64,000 nucleotides of DNA from an uncultured SAR86 cluster bacterium (GCA_943789005.1 CALSSL010000001.1:117688-181687), one strand, 5' to 3'; positions 47,086 to 58,262 are shown, counted from the stretch's first letter. Translations and numbers: made by a program. Notes: generated by a model not told the origin, from the letters alone.

Positions 47086-47919
47086 TTAATGATAGTCTTT
47101 GTGATATTCTCTATATAACAAGGCTGATAAAGCGGTGAATATTAGAAAATAGAATATAACATACCAACCTATTCTCTCTCTTGTTGCTTTTGCAGGCTCC
47201 CCAACATACACAAGAAAGTTAGTAAGATCGTATATAAGCTCATCGAACTCATCTTTTGTTAATTTACCTGAGCCCTCTTCAACCTTTAAATAACCGCATT
47301 TTTCTTTCGTTATGGTGTTTCCTAATTCATCTCTTTTTTCGCCACCATTATTTGCAATTATAGGAATATCTTTGCAAACTAATTTCTGGTTTCCTTGAAG
47401 CGCCAGAAGAACATTAGGCATAGCAGTTCCTGGATAAACTAAATTATTTACACCATATTGTTTTGATGAATCCTCATAATATGCTCTTAAGTAACTATAA
47501 ATCCAATCATCGCCTCTAACTCTGCTAACAAGAGTGAGATCAGGAGGAGCAACTCCAAACCACTGAGCAGATTTTTCCTTTGACATTGAACCAGTCATTA
47601 AGTCTCCTGGCTTTATAGATTTATCAAATACTAAATTTTCAAAGAATAATTCTTCAGGAATTTGAAGATCTGTAGCAACTCTTCCCCATCTTGAATACTG
47701 AAGAGAGTGACAGCCGTAACAATAATTTAGGAATGTTGACGCTCCTCTTTGCAGAGATGCCATATCATTAAGTGAATATTTAAACTCATCGCATTCGCCA
47801 TAATCCTTACATGATCCACCTTCTGCAGCAGATATATTATTAATACAAAGAAATAATGTCGCAAAAATTATTAAATTACGAATACTTAATCCTATTTTGA
47901 AATTATTCTTTACACTCAT
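47086..47919 (-). CDS. petC: Cytochrome c1 of the ubiquinol-cytochrome c reductase
   Basis: Signal peptide, heme motif CYGCH and a C-terminal TM anchor. Confidence 0.88.
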   Translation of the reverse strand: MSVKNNFKIGLSIRNLIIFATLFLCINNISAAEGGSCKDYGECDEFKYSLNDMASLQRGASTFLNYCYGCHSLQYSRWGRVATDLQIPEELFFENLVFDKSIKPGDLMTGSMSKEKSAQWFGVAPPDLTLVSRVRGDDWIYSYLRAYYEDSSKQYGVNNLVYPGTAMPNVLLALQGNQKLVCKDIPIIANNGGEKRDELGNTITKEKCGYLKVEEGSGKLTKDEFDELIYDLTNFLVYVGEPAKATRERIGWYVIFYFLIFTALSALLYREYHKDYH

Positions 47920-49133
47920 AAACGCTTTGGTACTTCTTTAGTTTTTTCGTATTTAGTATAAAAAGGCATTAGTAAGAAAAATGCAAAATAAATTGCTGTG
48001 CATATAACGCTCATAGTTTTTCTAACCTCAGTAACACCTACAGTTCCTAGATAACCTAATGTTAGAAAACTGATTCCAAAAAAAGCTAGCGCAACTTTAC
48101 TATAAATACCTTTGTATCTTATTGATGCTACCTTGCTTCTATCCAACCAAGGCACTACAAATAAAATTGCTACAGCTGAACCCATAACTATTAAGCCACC
48201 AAGTTTATCAGGAACAGCTCTTAACATTGCGTAATAAGGTGAGTAGTACCAAACTGGAGCTATATGTTCAGGCGTTACAAGTGGATTAGCTTCTTCAAAG
48301 TTTGCCATCTCTATGAAATAACCTCCACCTTCAGGAAAAAAGAACATAATGATTGCAAAAACTGTCATAAATACACCAATTCCTACTAGAGCATTTAAAA
48401 CTTTATATGGAAAGAATGGCACGCTATCAAGAGGCACTCCATCATCATCAAGGTATTCTTCTATATCTACACCCTCCGGGTTACCAGCCCCAACTTCATG
48501 CAATGCAACAAGATGTAAAAAAACCAGTGCTATTAAGACTAAAGGCAGTGCTACAACATGAAGTGCAAAAAATCTTGATACAGTTATGCCTGATATATAG
48601 TAATCGCCTCTTACCCATAGCTCTAATGATTCACCTATATATGGAATAGCTCCAAATAAAGAGATGATAACTTGAGCCCCCCAATATGACATTTGACCGT
48701 AAGGTAATACATACCCAAGAAAACCCTCAGCCATCATTGCAAGATAAATTGCACAACCAAAAATCCATACAAGCTCTTTAGGTTTTTGATAAGAACCATA
48801 CAACAAACCTCGAAACATATGAAGATAAACAACAGCAAAAAACATTGAAGCCCCAGTTGTATGCATGTATCTAATGACCCATCCATAGTCAACATCTCTC
48901 ATTATGTATTCAATAGATGAAAAAGCTTCTTCCTCAGTATTTGAGTAAGGCATTATCAACCAAATACCTGAAACAATCTGAATTATAAGCACAACTGATG
49001 CTAAAGCTCCAAAGAGATACCAAAAATTAACTTTTGAGGGAACAGGATGTTTTGATAAATGTCTTTCAAAAGTATTTGCAATAGGCAATCTTCTGTTAAC
49101 CCAGCCAAATAATTTTCCTACCATTTCGCTCAT
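47916..49133 (-). CDS. petB: Cytochrome b of the bc1 complex
   Basis: 405 aa. WLIMPY, RYMHTTGASMFF, the PEWY-like region VTPEHIAPVWYY, and heme-ligand His pairs. Confidence 0.96.
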   Translation of the reverse strand: MSEMVGKLFGWVNRRLPIANTFERHLSKHPVPSKVNFWYLFGALASVVLIIQIVSGIWLIMPYSNTEEEAFSSIEYIMRDVDYGWVIRYMHTTGASMFFAVVYLHMFRGLLYGSYQKPKELVWIFGCAIYLAMMAEGFLGYVLPYGQMSYWGAQVIISLFGAIPYIGESLELWVRGDYYISGITVSRFFALHVVALPLVLIALVFLHLVALHEVGAGNPEGVDIEEYLDDDGVPLDSVPFFPYKVLNALVGIGVFMTVFAIIMFFFPEGGGYFIEMANFEEANPLVTPEHIAPVWYYSPYYAMLRAVPDKLGGLIVMGSAVAILFVVPWLDRSKVASIRYKGIYSKVALAFFGISFLTLGYLGTVGVTEVRKTMSVICTAIYFAFFLLMPFYTKYEKTKEVPKRL

Positions 49134-49718
49134 CTAAGTCATCCCTCCATCTTCACCAATTGTAAGAATGGACCCTTTAAAAAAATGAGGCGGTACAGGT
49201 AAGTTGGTTGGTGCAGGAACACCTTTATAAACTCTTCCAACCATATCAAACATTGACCCATGACAGGGGCAAAAAAATCCGCCAGCCCATGATGCATCCC
49301 ATGGCTTTGGTTCTACCTCAGGATGATATTTTGGTGAACAGCCAAGGTGTGTACAAACTCCAGCAATAACAGTATATTCTGCACTCTTAGACCGAGTAGG
49401 ATTAATGCCTTTGTATGGCTCATCGATCTGATTTGAATCTGGATCAGCCAACTTTGGTAAAGTTAGCTCAAGACTCTGCAAACTTTCTTTAGTGTGTCTA
49501 ATGATAAATACTGGTTGTTTTCTCCATGCGACTTGTATTTGTTGACCATATTGCATCTTTGATACATCTAATTTTACTGATGCTCCAGCTGCTTTAGCCT
49601 TGGCGCTTGGATTCCAGGCTGCTATAAAGGGTGTTGCTGCAAATGGAATACCTGATAAGCCAACTGCACTTGTTAAACCTATTAAAACCTTTCTTCTTGT
49701 ATTGTCTTTTTCTTGCAT
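49134..49718 (-). CDS. petA: Rieske iron-sulfur subunit of the bc1 complex
   Basis: Tat-like N-terminus with RRKVL. The 2Fe-2S boxes are CTHLGC and CPCHGS. Confidence 0.93.
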   Translation of the reverse strand: MQEKDNTRRKVLIGLTSAVGLSGIPFAATPFIAAWNPSAKAKAAGASVKLDVSKMQYGQQIQVAWRKQPVFIIRHTKESLQSLELTLPKLADPDSNQIDEPYKGINPTRSKSAEYTVIAGVCTHLGCSPKYHPEVEPKPWDASWAGGFFCPCHGSMFDMVGRVYKGVPAPTNLPVPPHFFKGSILTIGEDGGMT

Positions 49719-49799
49719 TAGGCCTTTGTATGCTTTGATTGTACTAATAGAAAACTAGGGAATTATACCACTAATTTTGTAGAAAAAATTTGAAAAAAA

Positions 49800-50192
49800 T
49801 TAACGTTTTGAAAACTGCTTGCTTTTTCTTGCCTTAACTAATCCAGGTTTTTTTCTCTCAACTTTTCTAGGATCTCTAGTAAGCAAACCTGCTTTTTTTA
49901 GTTGAGGTCTTAGCTCTTCATCATAAGATATTAAAGCTCGAGAAATACCATGTCTTATAGCTCCAGCCTGGCCAAAACTTCCACCACCTTTAACTTTGAT
50001 AGTAATATCTAGTTTATCTTTAAGTTCAGTCATTTCTAAGGGTTGCATAACCAACATTTGAGCAACTTTTCTACCAAAATATACATCTAATTGCTTATCA
50101 TTAACTGTTATATTTCCTTTACCAGAAGAAAGATAGATTCTAGCTGACGAAGTTTTTCTTCTACCTGTTGCGTAATGAGTTTCAGTTGTCAT
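49800..50192 (-). CDS. rpsI: 30S ribosomal protein S9
   Basis: [15 protein letters not shown] ... the C-terminal [11 protein letters not shown]. The start is moved to the ATG at 50192, which forms an ATGA overlap with the rplM stop. Confidence 0.95.
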   Translation of the reverse strand: MTTETHYATGRRKTSSARIYLSSGKGNITVNDKQLDVYFGRKVAQMLVMQPLEMTELKDKLDITIKVKGGGSFGQAGAIRHGISRALISYDEELRPQLKKAGLLTRDPRKVERKKPGLVKARKSKQFSKR

Positions 50193-50623
50193 ACAGTTGG
50201 ATTCCATTCAATTGGTTGTTGAGATTCATGATCATGGTCAGGACCACTAAACACTTTGAGTTTTTTGATCATAGATTTACCCAATTTATTTTTAGGCAAC
50301 ATTCCTTTCACAGCCTCTTCTATAATTCTTTCAGGAAACTTTTCATTCATTTCTCTAAAAGTTTTAGTTTTCAATCCGCCTGGATACAAAGAATGAGAAT
50401 AATATTTTTTATCAGTAAATTTAGCACCAGTTACTTTAATTTTTTCTGCATTAATAACCACCACATAATCTCCACCATCAGTATGGGGTGTAAAAGTAGG
50501 TTTATCCTTACCTCTAATTCTGTCAGCAATTTTTGTAGATAATCTTCCTAAAATCTTGTCAGAAGCATCAACTACATACCATTGTCTTTCAATATTTTCT
50601 TTCTTAAGTGAGAATGTTTTCAT
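50189..50623 (-). CDS. rplM: 50S ribosomal protein L13
   Basis: [30 protein letters not shown] aligns with E. coli L13 from Met1. The track ORF begins 2 codons further upstream. Confidence 0.95.
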   Translation of the reverse strand: MKTFSLKKENIERQWYVVDASDKILGRLSTKIADRIRGKDKPTFTPHTDGGDYVVVINAEKIKVTGAKFTDKKYYSHSLYPGGLKTKTFREMNEKFPERIIEEAVKGMLPKNKLGKSMIKKLKVFSGPDHDHESQQPIEWNPTV

Positions 50624-50694
50624 AATCATATTTTTGTAAGATGCGAATATTAATGTTTACAACAAAAATTAGCAATATTTTAGTGCATAATTCT

Positions 50695-51732
50695 TTAAAT
50701 TAAATACTCAGAAGTTTGCATTTCATTAAGCCTACTTTGGCATCTATCCCACAATATCTTTAATTTCTTGCCTGTATACAACTTGTTATGATCAACATCA
50801 TTAAAAAAGAATTTTATTTTTGATTTATCTCTATAGCATATGTCTATAAATGATATAAATCTTCTTACAGTATCTGCCGAATTATCATCACAATATTTAA
50901 ATTCATTTAAGAAAATCCATTCAACATTTTTAGAAATTTCTATGTAGTCCCTGGATCCATTAGGTTCATTAAAAAAATCACTAAAAGATATCCATAAGAA
51001 ATCATTTGAAAATGCTTTACATGAAAATTCTCGAGAATTTACTTTAAATTTTTTTTTGACAATATCTTTAAATGCAAAATTTTCTTCTAAAATTAACTTG
51101 ATATCTTTATCCTTAAAAGACTGGTTTGAGTTTTCTTTATTAATACTAACGATATTTCTTGTTCGATAGTCCGTTAATCCATCAAGTTTATAAATATTTA
51201 AGTATTTTTCAATTGCCTTCATTGCATTAATAAACTTTTGCCTTTGCAGACCATCTTTGTATAGATCATCTGGATGGGCATTGGAGGTGATATACAAGAC
51301 AACATTTAATTTAATTAATTGTTTTAGTAAATTTGCAACAATCATAGCGTCAGCAACGTCTTCAACTTGAAATTCATCTATCAAAATAATTTGATATTTC
51401 TTGCTCAAAGACTTGGCTATATGGTTTAAAGGGTCACTGTTACCTGAAAGAGCTGCAAGTTCGTTATGAATATTTTGCATAAAATCTATATAGTGAAATA
51501 TAGCTTTATTTTGTTTCAATATTTTCATAAAGGACTTTACTATTAGTGTTTTGCCCCTTCCAACTTCGCCCCATATATAAAAACTTGTATTATTTAACTT
51601 ATTTTTTTTAAATTTATTTATGAAACTTTTTTCTTGAGGAAGAGCCTCAGTCATTTTTTGAATTAAATGAGATTGAGGTAAATCTATTTCAATCCCTTGG
51701 TTTTTAAGATTATCGATGATATTTTGAATCAT
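50695..51732 (-). CDS. zapE: Cell-division ATPase ZapE (AFG1/YhcM family)
   Basis: Walker A WGEVGRGKT and Walker B ILIDEFQVEDVADA. It lies next to rplM-rpsI as in E. coli. Confidence 0.8.
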   Translation of the reverse strand: MIQNIIDNLKNQGIEIDLPQSHLIQKMTEALPQEKSFINKFKKNKLNNTSFYIWGEVGRGKTLIVKSFMKILKQNKAIFHYIDFMQNIHNELAALSGNSDPLNHIAKSLSKKYQIILIDEFQVEDVADAMIVANLLKQLIKLNVVLYITSNAHPDDLYKDGLQRQKFINAMKAIEKYLNIYKLDGLTDYRTRNIVSINKENSNQSFKDKDIKLILEENFAFKDIVKKKFKVNSREFSCKAFSNDFLWISFSDFFNEPNGSRDYIEISKNVEWIFLNEFKYCDDNSADTVRRFISFIDICYRDKSKIKFFFNDVDHNKLYTGKKLKILWDRCQSRLNEMQTSEYLI

Positions 51733-51739
51733 TAATATT

Positions 51740-52732
51740 ATGAATTTTATACAAAGAACTAAAATAAACTATTTACTAGTTATTTCAATAACAATATTTT
51801 TATCATGGGTATTTTTTTCTTACGATAAAAACAAATTTGTTTCTGCTACTGAAAATTCTATTGAATCTGTTGTAACTATTTATTCTTATAAAAATAATAG
51901 AAGCTATGTAAATAATAATATTGGTTCTGGGGTTATTTTTTCTAAAGATGGATATATTGTCACTAACTATCATATTATTTCTGATAATAAATTTATTAAA
52001 ATTAAACTTAACAATGGCCAAGAATTTGATGCAAAAATTATAGGGGGTGATATTAATGCAGATATTGCTGTATTAAAAATTCAATCAAGTGAAGAGTTAA
52101 AACCGATTAATATTTCAGATAGTGATGATTTAAAAATTGGTGATAAAGTTCTGGCAATTGGTAACCCTTATGGAATTGGTATTTCTGTTTCAAGCGGAAT
52201 AATTAGTGCTACAGGAAGAGATTACGGAAATCCTTATCTTGAACTTATCCAGACAGATGCTGCAATTAATCCTGGCAATTCTGGTGGCGCGCTAATAAAT
52301 GAAAATGGTAATTTGATTGGCATAAATACAAAAATATTTTCTAGGACCGGAGGATTTCAAGGTCTTGGCTTTGCAATACCGTCCAATAATATTGTTCAAA
52401 TAGCATCTGAATTAATACAATATGGAAAAATAAGATCCGTCTGGATTGGTAATTTTAGAGTAAGTCCAATTAGACTTAATATAAACAACAGTTTTATAAG
52501 CGGTCTTAGAATGGTTGAAATTGATAATTATGGGCCACTATTTGAGAAAGGTATTAATGTAAATGATGTAATAATTAGTATTAATGGTAATAAAAGTGAT
52601 TGGGAAAATTTAACATCCTCATTAAAATTTGCTGGTCTTGGTAACAATATTATTTTTGAGATTTTAACTAGTGATAATAAATACAAAACTATTGAAATAG
52701 AATCGGATAATATAAAAGAGTTAGCTCGGTAA
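51740..52732 (+). CDS. degS: Membrane-anchored HtrA-family serine endoprotease, DegS/AlgW-like (single PDZ)
   Basis: N-terminal TM segment. The catalytic triad regions are TNYHII, DIAVLKI and GNSGGAL, followed by one PDZ domain. Confidence 0.82.
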   Translation: MNFIQRTKINYLLVISITIFLSWVFFSYDKNKFVSATENSIESVVTIYSYKNNRSYVNNNIGSGVIFSKDGYIVTNYHIISDNKFIKIKLNNGQEFDAKIIGGDINADIAVLKIQSSEELKPINISDSDDLKIGDKVLAIGNPYGIGISVSSGIISATGRDYGNPYLELIQTDAAINPGNSGGALINENGNLIGINTKIFSRTGGFQGLGFAIPSNNIVQIASELIQYGKIRSVWIGNFRVSPIRLNINNSFISGLRMVEIDNYGPLFEKGINVNDVIISINGNKSDWENLTSSLKFAGLGNNIIFEILTSDNKYKTIEIESDNIKELAR

Positions 52733-53980
52733 TCTTGTAATGCTAGCTCCTAGATAATTTAACTTTTCCTCAATTCTCTCGTAACCCCTATCAATATGAT
52801 AAATTCGATCAACCTTTGTTTGCCCTTTAGCACACAAGCCAGCCAAGATTAAACTTGCTGATGCTCTTAAGTCAGTTGCCATAACTTCAGCCCCATATAA
52901 AGAATCTACTCCTTTGATAATAGCCTGATTGCCATTAATTTGTATGTCGCACCCCATCCGATTTAACTCCTGAACATGCATAAATCTATTTTCAAAAACA
53001 GTCTCATATATATTCGATATACCCTCAGAGATAGCATTAATTACAGAGAATTGAGCCTGCATATCCGTTGGAAACTCTGGAAATGGTGCGGTTGTAATGT
53101 CAACTGGTTTAGGTTTTTGATTTATCATTGAAAGAGAGATCGAATCTTTTGATAAAGTTATTCTAGCTCCAGCTTCTTTTAACTTATCAAGAACTTTACT
53201 TAATCTTTGGGGATTTATTTGTTTAATAGTAATTTCTCCACCTGTTACGACTGCAGCAACTAAATAAGTACCAGCTTCAATTCTGTCCGATGGAATAGTA
53301 AATTCACATCCATGAAGCTCCTTCACTCCTTCGATAGTAATCTCATCAGTACCTGCACCATTAATTTTAGCGCCCATCTTGTTCAAAAATTCTGCTAAAT
53401 CAATAATTTCAGGTTCTTTTGCTACGTTTGTAAGTATTGTAGTTCCCTCTGCAAGAGACGCAGCCATCATGATATTTTCAGTACCCGTTACGGTAACTCC
53501 ATCAAATTTAATCTTTGTTCCAACTAGTCTATGAGCACTTGCTTCTATATATCCATTTCTTAATGTAATTGATGCTCCAAGTTGCTTAAGAGCATCTAGA
53601 TGATAATTTACTGGCCTGCTACCAATTGCACAACCTCCAGGTAATGCTATTTTTGCTTTACCATATTTAGCAACAAGTGGGCCAAGAACAAGAATAGAGG
53701 CTCTCATGGTTTTTACTAATTCATATCTTGCTTCTTTTTCCTTAAGATCATTTGATTTTATGGTGAAATCCATATTTTCATTAAGCATTATCTCAGCTCC
53801 CATTGAGCCGAGAAGTTCGAACATTGTGGTAATATCCTGAAGATAAGGTAAGTTTTTAAGAACAATATTTTCATTTGATAAAATGGTTGCAGCAATCATT
53901 GGGAGTGCAGCATTTTTGGCACCAGAACAAGTAATAGTCCCGCTCAATGAAGCTCCCCCATTAATCAATAATTTTTCCAT
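52721..53980 (-). CDS. murA: UDP-N-acetylglucosamine 1-carboxyvinyltransferase
   Basis: 419 aa. SGAKNAALP, catalytic Cys in [12 protein letters not shown], and the C-terminal [12 protein letters not shown]. Confidence 0.97.
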   Translation of the reverse strand: MEKLLINGGASLSGTITCSGAKNAALPMIAATILSNENIVLKNLPYLQDITTMFELLGSMGAEIMLNENMDFTIKSNDLKEKEARYELVKTMRASILVLGPLVAKYGKAKIALPGGCAIGSRPVNYHLDALKQLGASITLRNGYIEASAHRLVGTKIKFDGVTVTGTENIMMAASLAEGTTILTNVAKEPEIIDLAEFLNKMGAKINGAGTDEITIEGVKELHGCEFTIPSDRIEAGTYLVAAVVTGGEITIKQINPQRLSKVLDKLKEAGARITLSKDSISLSMINQKPKPVDITTAPFPEFPTDMQAQFSVINAISEGISNIYETVFENRFMHVQELNRMGCDIQINGNQAIIKGVDSLYGAEVMATDLRASASLILAGLCAKGQTKVDRIYHIDRGYERIEEKLNYLGASITRLPS

Positions 53981-54199
53981 TTAATTTACTCTTGTTTCTA
54001 TGCTTAATGCATGAAGTTCGCCTGATTCAAATTTTTTCTTTAGGGGTGATAAGACCATTTTATGTTGATTGATTAATGAAATATTATTAAAAGATTTAGA
54101 TATAACTAATAGTTTAAAATTACATGAATCACCCTCAAAAAGACATTCAGCATCCGGCATCTCATCTAAAATAATGTTTTTAATTAGCTCTTTATCCAC
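53981..54199 (-). CDS. ibaG: BolA-family protein IbaG (YrbA)
   Basis: 72 aa. F.LLVIS..F......NQHKMV is the BolA pattern. It lies directly upstream of murA. Confidence 0.72.
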   Translation of the reverse strand: MDKELIKNIILDEMPDAECLFEGDSCNFKLLVISKSFNNISLINQHKMVLSPLKKKFESGELHALSIETRVN

Positions 54200-54827
54200 T
54201 TATTCCTGCATCTCCAGCATCTGAAACCCAGCCCTCAATTGTATTTTCTATATCTCCATTATTGTTATTAGCGAGTGCTTGAAATTGATTTCTGAATGTT
54301 AAGCCGAGATTCACTCCATTTACAATGATATTTACTATTGACCAGCTATTATTTTTATTTCTTCTTAATTTGTATGATATGGGATACTTACTGCTGCCTG
54401 TATTAAGCACCTGCTGAACCTCAATATTTTTTATATCTTCTAAAATTACAGACGAGTTAGGAAAAATTGTAACAATCTCCTGATTCTCCCACTGCGCAAG
54501 AGTTTCAGCATAAGTATCTAATAATGAATCTTTAAAAATTTCAACAAATTGATTTCTTTGCTCAGCGGTTGATGCTAAATAATATTTTTTTCCCATAACA
54601 CTTGCAGCAACCCTTTTGAAATCAATCATAGGTTCAAAGATATCTTTAATTTTTTGTTCATACTGTTCTCTGTCTTCTGCAAACAAAGATTTATTTTCTA
54701 TTAAAACTGAAACCATTTTCTGAGCATTTTTATCAATAAATATATAAGGATCATTTTCTGATAAAAGCGGAAAAGTGCTCACTAGCAAGATAAAGGAAAA
54801 TAAATAATTTTTAACAACTGCAAACAT
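54192..54827 (-). CDS. mlaC: Periplasmic phospholipid-binding protein MlaC (Ttg2D family)
   Basis: Signal peptide. IFEPMIDFKRVAASVMGKKYYLASTAEQRNQFVEIFKDSLLDTYA is typical of MlaC. It lies upstream of ibaG-murA. Confidence 0.75.
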   Translation of the reverse strand: MFAVVKNYLFSFILLVSTFPLLSENDPYIFIDKNAQKMVSVLIENKSLFAEDREQYEQKIKDIFEPMIDFKRVAASVMGKKYYLASTAEQRNQFVEIFKDSLLDTYAETLAQWENQEIVTIFPNSSVILEDIKNIEVQQVLNTGSSKYPISYKLRRNKNNSWSIVNIIVNGVNLGLTFRNQFQALANNNNGDIENTIEGWVSDAGDAGISG

Positions 54828-54880
54828 TGGTCTATTATAGCATTTAGAAGATAATAAAAATCGAGTAAATTTATCAAGAC

Positions 54881-55843
54881 ATGAAAAAATTTAATTACAT
54901 AAACTCTGCAAAAAAAACATTCAAAATAGAATCAGATGCTATAAATGATTTATCAAAACAAATAAATAAAGATTTTGGATCACTCTGTGATTTGATTAGA
55001 TATAACAAGGGTAAATTTATCATAATGGGAGTTGGAAAATCTGGTCACATTGGTCAAAAAATCTCTGCTACCCTATCAAGCACTGGTACAAGATCTATTT
55101 TTATTCATCCGACTGAAGCTGCTCATGGAGATATGGGGCTGATTGAAAAAAAAGACATTGTATTTTTGATATCTAACTCTGGTGAAACTGATGAAATTAT
55201 AAATATTTTGCCGTCTCTAAAAAGATTAGCTAGCAAAATAACCTCTTTAACTTCTAATAAAGAATCTACCATTGCAAAAGCATCAGACATAGCTATTTCA
55301 ATCAAATCAAAAGAGGCCTGCCCATTAGATCTTGCGCCGACATCATCTACAACATCGGCTTTAGCTTTTGGAGATGCGTTAGCTATTGCTCTACTTGAAT
55401 CAAAAGGTTTTACAAAAAAAGATTTTGCTTCCTCCCATCCAGCTGGAAAACTGGGGAAAAAATTAATTACTCAAGTTAAGCATTTGATGCATTTTGGTAA
55501 AGATATTCCTCAAGTAAATATTAATACTCTGCTTTCTGATGCCTTGCTTGAAATTACTGATAAAAGCCTTGGCATTACTCTAGTAAAAAATCGTTCAAAA
55601 GTAGTTGGGATATTCACTGACGGGGATTTGAGAAGATGTCTTAATCAAAAGATAGATATTAATTCAACTAAAATTAAAGATGTGATGACCAAAAAGTTTG
55701 TTGTTATTGAAGATGAGGCTTTAGCGATAGATGCTGCTGAAATTATGGAAAGTAATAAAATTTTTACATTAGTTGTTATGAAGAAAAATAAGAATGTTGG
55801 AGTTATTTCAATGCATGATCTAATTCAAGCAAGGATTTTATAA
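54881..55843 (+). CDS. kdsD: Arabinose-5-phosphate isomerase KdsD (SIS + 2 CBS)
   Basis: 320 aa. SIS motif IIMGVGKSGHIGQKISATLSSTGT, then HPAGKLGKKL and tandem CBS domains. Confidence 0.92.
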   Translation: MKKFNYINSAKKTFKIESDAINDLSKQINKDFGSLCDLIRYNKGKFIIMGVGKSGHIGQKISATLSSTGTRSIFIHPTEAAHGDMGLIEKKDIVFLISNSGETDEIINILPSLKRLASKITSLTSNKESTIAKASDIAISIKSKEACPLDLAPTSSTTSALAFGDALAIALLESKGFTKKDFASSHPAGKLGKKLITQVKHLMHFGKDIPQVNINTLLSDALLEITDKSLGITLVKNRSKVVGIFTDGDLRRCLNQKIDINSTKIKDVMTKKFVVIEDEALAIDAAEIMESNKIFTLVVMKKNKNVGVISMHDLIQARIL

Positions 55844-56266
55844 TTGAGGACTTTAGATTCTATAAAAATTCTATCTCTTCTATGCTTTATATCGATAGAT
55901 ATAAATTCAGAATTTACTACCAACACTCTTACAATTAACTCCTCATCAATAGAAGTAAAAAAAAATTACGATGAGATAATATTCAACGGGAATGTATTAA
56001 TCAAATCTAAAGATTTTATAATTAATGCAGACAATGCTATATACAATAATATAAAAAAGATTGTTTCAGTAAATGGTGCTCCATCTAGAATTAATTCAAC
56101 ATATGAAGACAATATTTTTATAGGCAGTGCAGATAAAATAGTTTTTTCTGAAACTAATGAAATTAAATTAATTGGAAATGCTCAAATGAACTATGAAAAT
56201 ATTGATATAACTTCAAATGAGATTAGTTTCAGTTTACAAGATGGAAAGATTACTACCAATAATTAG
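55844..56266 (+). CDS. lptA: OstA-like LPS-transport protein (LptA-like; TTG start)
   Basis: 140 aa with a hydrophobic N-terminus. The pattern FNGNVLIKSKDFIINADNAIY ... LIGNAQM resembles the LptA/LptC OstA fold. It lies immediately upstream of lptB. Confidence 0.6.
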   Translation: MRTLDSIKILSLLCFISIDINSEFTTNTLTINSSSIEVKKNYDEIIFNGNVLIKSKDFIINADNAIYNNIKKIVSVNGAPSRINSTYEDNIFIGSADKIVFSETNEIKLIGNAQMNYENIDITSNEISFSLQDGKITTNN

Positions 56267-56268
56267 TC

Positions 56269-56982
56269 ATGCTTAGATTAAAAAATATTAAAAAATCCAT
56301 CAAAGAAAAAAATATAGTTAACGATATTAGCTTTGATGTTCCTTTGGGAGCAATCAATGGCCTATTGGGTCCTAATGGTGCAGGTAAAACAACTACGTTT
56401 TATATAATTGCTGGTCTTATAAAGTGCGATCAAGGTAAGGTTATTTTTAATGATCAAGATATTTCTAAGTTATCTATGCATCAAAGATCAAAATTGGGTA
56501 TTAAATATTTACCTCAGGAACCATCGATCTTTCAAAACTTATCTGTATATGAAAATTTGCTCGGTCTTGCACAAATATCTATACCAAAGAAACAAGATGT
56601 TGATATATTTATTGAAAAATCAATAAATGAATTTAATCTTTCAAAAATTATAGACTTAAAAGGAAGGCAGTTATCTGGTGGACAAAGAAGAAAGGTTGAA
56701 ATTGCAAGAACGCTGGCTACAAAGCCAGAAATAATTCTTCTTGACGAACCTTTTGCTGGCATCGATCCGATCGCAATAGATGAAATAAAACAAGTCTTAA
56801 TTAAATTAAAATCCAAGAATATAGGTATTTTAATAACTGATCATAACGTTCGGGAGGCCCTTGAAATATGTGACCAAGCAATGGTTATAAGTAATGGCGC
56901 TCTCATAGCAAGTGGAAATAAATCATCATTAATAAATAATGAGATGGTAAAAAGAGTTTATCTCGGAAATATGTATAACTAA
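56269..56982 (+). CDS. lptB: LPS export ABC transporter ATP-binding protein LptB
   Basis: Walker A GPNGAGKTT, signature LSGGQRRKVEIAR and Walker B ILLDEPFAGIDP. It is followed by rpoN. Confidence 0.93.
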   Translation: MLRLKNIKKSIKEKNIVNDISFDVPLGAINGLLGPNGAGKTTTFYIIAGLIKCDQGKVIFNDQDISKLSMHQRSKLGIKYLPQEPSIFQNLSVYENLLGLAQISIPKKQDVDIFIEKSINEFNLSKIIDLKGRQLSGGQRRKVEIARTLATKPEIILLDEPFAGIDPIAIDEIKQVLIKLKSKNIGILITDHNVREALEICDQAMVISNGALIASGNKSSLINNEMVKRVYLGNMYN

Positions 56983-56987
56983 GATTT

Positions 56988-58262
56988 ATGGCCATATCAT
57001 TAATAAAAGAATTTAAGCAAAAACAAAAAATATCACTTACTCCTTTATTAAAGAAATCCATAGATTTATTGCAATTATCAAGATATGAATTAATACAAAA
57101 AATTGATCGTGAAATTGAAATAAATCCATTTGTTGAAAAAGAGATGTTGGAGGAATTTGATATAGATCAAAATTATAATGACTCTGATTTTGATTTTAAT
57201 GTTGCAGCTGTTGAAAGTCTTAGAGGTAGGTTAATTAATCAAATTAATGATTTGCGCTTGGATCGAATTGATAAAAAAATTGCCCTTACTATTATTGAGT
57301 GTATTGATGAATCAGGCCAGCTCATCGAGGATATAGACGAAATTCATTCAATAATGCAAGGTAAAACTTCAATCCATGATATTCAGAATATTCTTTTAAA
57401 TGTGATCCATAATTTAGAGCCTATTGGTATTGGTTTTAGAAATTTTAAAGAATGTATAAAGATACAAATTAATAAAAAAGATTTGAATAAAAAGATTAAA
57501 GACTTATGTTTGCAAATATTAAATCAAAACCAATTAGACAGTCTTGATGAGATAATTAATGCTTTTTTAAGTAAAGGATTCACTAAATCTGACATTGAAA
57601 AAGCAATGCTAGAAATAAAATCATGCGATCTCAGTCCCGGTTTAAATTATGAAAATACAAACTATATAATTCCAGATCTTAAGATTGAACTCGATAAAGA
57701 ATCTCTTAAAGTGAATTTTATAAATGATACTTTTCCAACAATAAAAATTGATGAGGATTTAATTGAAAAAACAAACTTACAATTAAAAAATAAGCCAAAT
57801 AAATTGCTTACTGAAAAAATTCAGGATGCAAAATGGCTGCTATCATCAGTAAAAAAAAGAAATGACACTGTCATGAAGGTGGGAGAGCTGATATGCAATC
57901 GTCAGATTTCTTTCCTTCAAGACAACCCACTTAAAATTAACCCCTTATCTAATAAAAATCTTTCTGATGAGCTTGGATTACATCCATCAACTATTTCAAG
58001 AATTCTTAGATCAAAATATATTGATACTCCTAAGGGAATTATTCCATTAAAATTATTAATGGTATCGTCAGTTTCAAAAACTAGAGATGTCACTCCAATT
58101 CAATTGATGCAGTTGATTGAGTCTATTATTCAAGAAGAAAGGAAGCCTAAAAGTGATAATAAAATTGCTTTAGAATTAAACAAAAGAGGTTTTAATCTTG
58201 CAAGAAGAACTATTACAAAATACCGTAAAAAACTTAATATAGCTTCTTCTAGGAATAGGTAA
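56988..58262 (+). CDS. rpoN: RNA polymerase sigma-54 factor
   Basis: 424 aa. Region I is QKQKISLTPLLKKSIDLLQLSRYEL, followed by an HTH and the RpoN box ARRTITKYRKKL. Confidence 0.95.
   Translation: MAISLIKEFKQKQKISLTPLLKKSIDLLQLSRYELIQKIDREIEINPFVEKEMLEEFDIDQNYNDSDFDFNVAAVESLRGRLINQINDLRLDRIDKKIALTIIECIDESGQLIEDIDEIHSIMQGKTSIHDIQNILLNVIHNLEPIGIGFRNFKECIKIQINKKDLNKKIKDLCLQILNQNQLDSLDEIINAFLSKGFTKSDIEKAMLEIKSCDLSPGLNYENTNYIIPDLKIELDKESLKVNFINDTFPTIKIDEDLIEKTNLQLKNKPNKLLTEKIQDAKWLLSSVKKRNDTVMKVGELICNRQISFLQDNPLKINPLSNKNLSDELGLHPSTISRILRSKYIDTPKGIIPLKLLMVSSVSKTRDVTPIQLMQLIESIIQEERKPKSDNKIALELNKRGFNLARRTITKYRKKLNIASSRNR

Noticed and set aside
54192-54199. A DnaA-box-like TTATCCAC.
   Set aside because: It is a single 8-mer inside the mlaC/ibaG coding overlap. 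There is no cluster, no AT-rich unwinding element and no neighbouring dnaA, dnaN or gidA.
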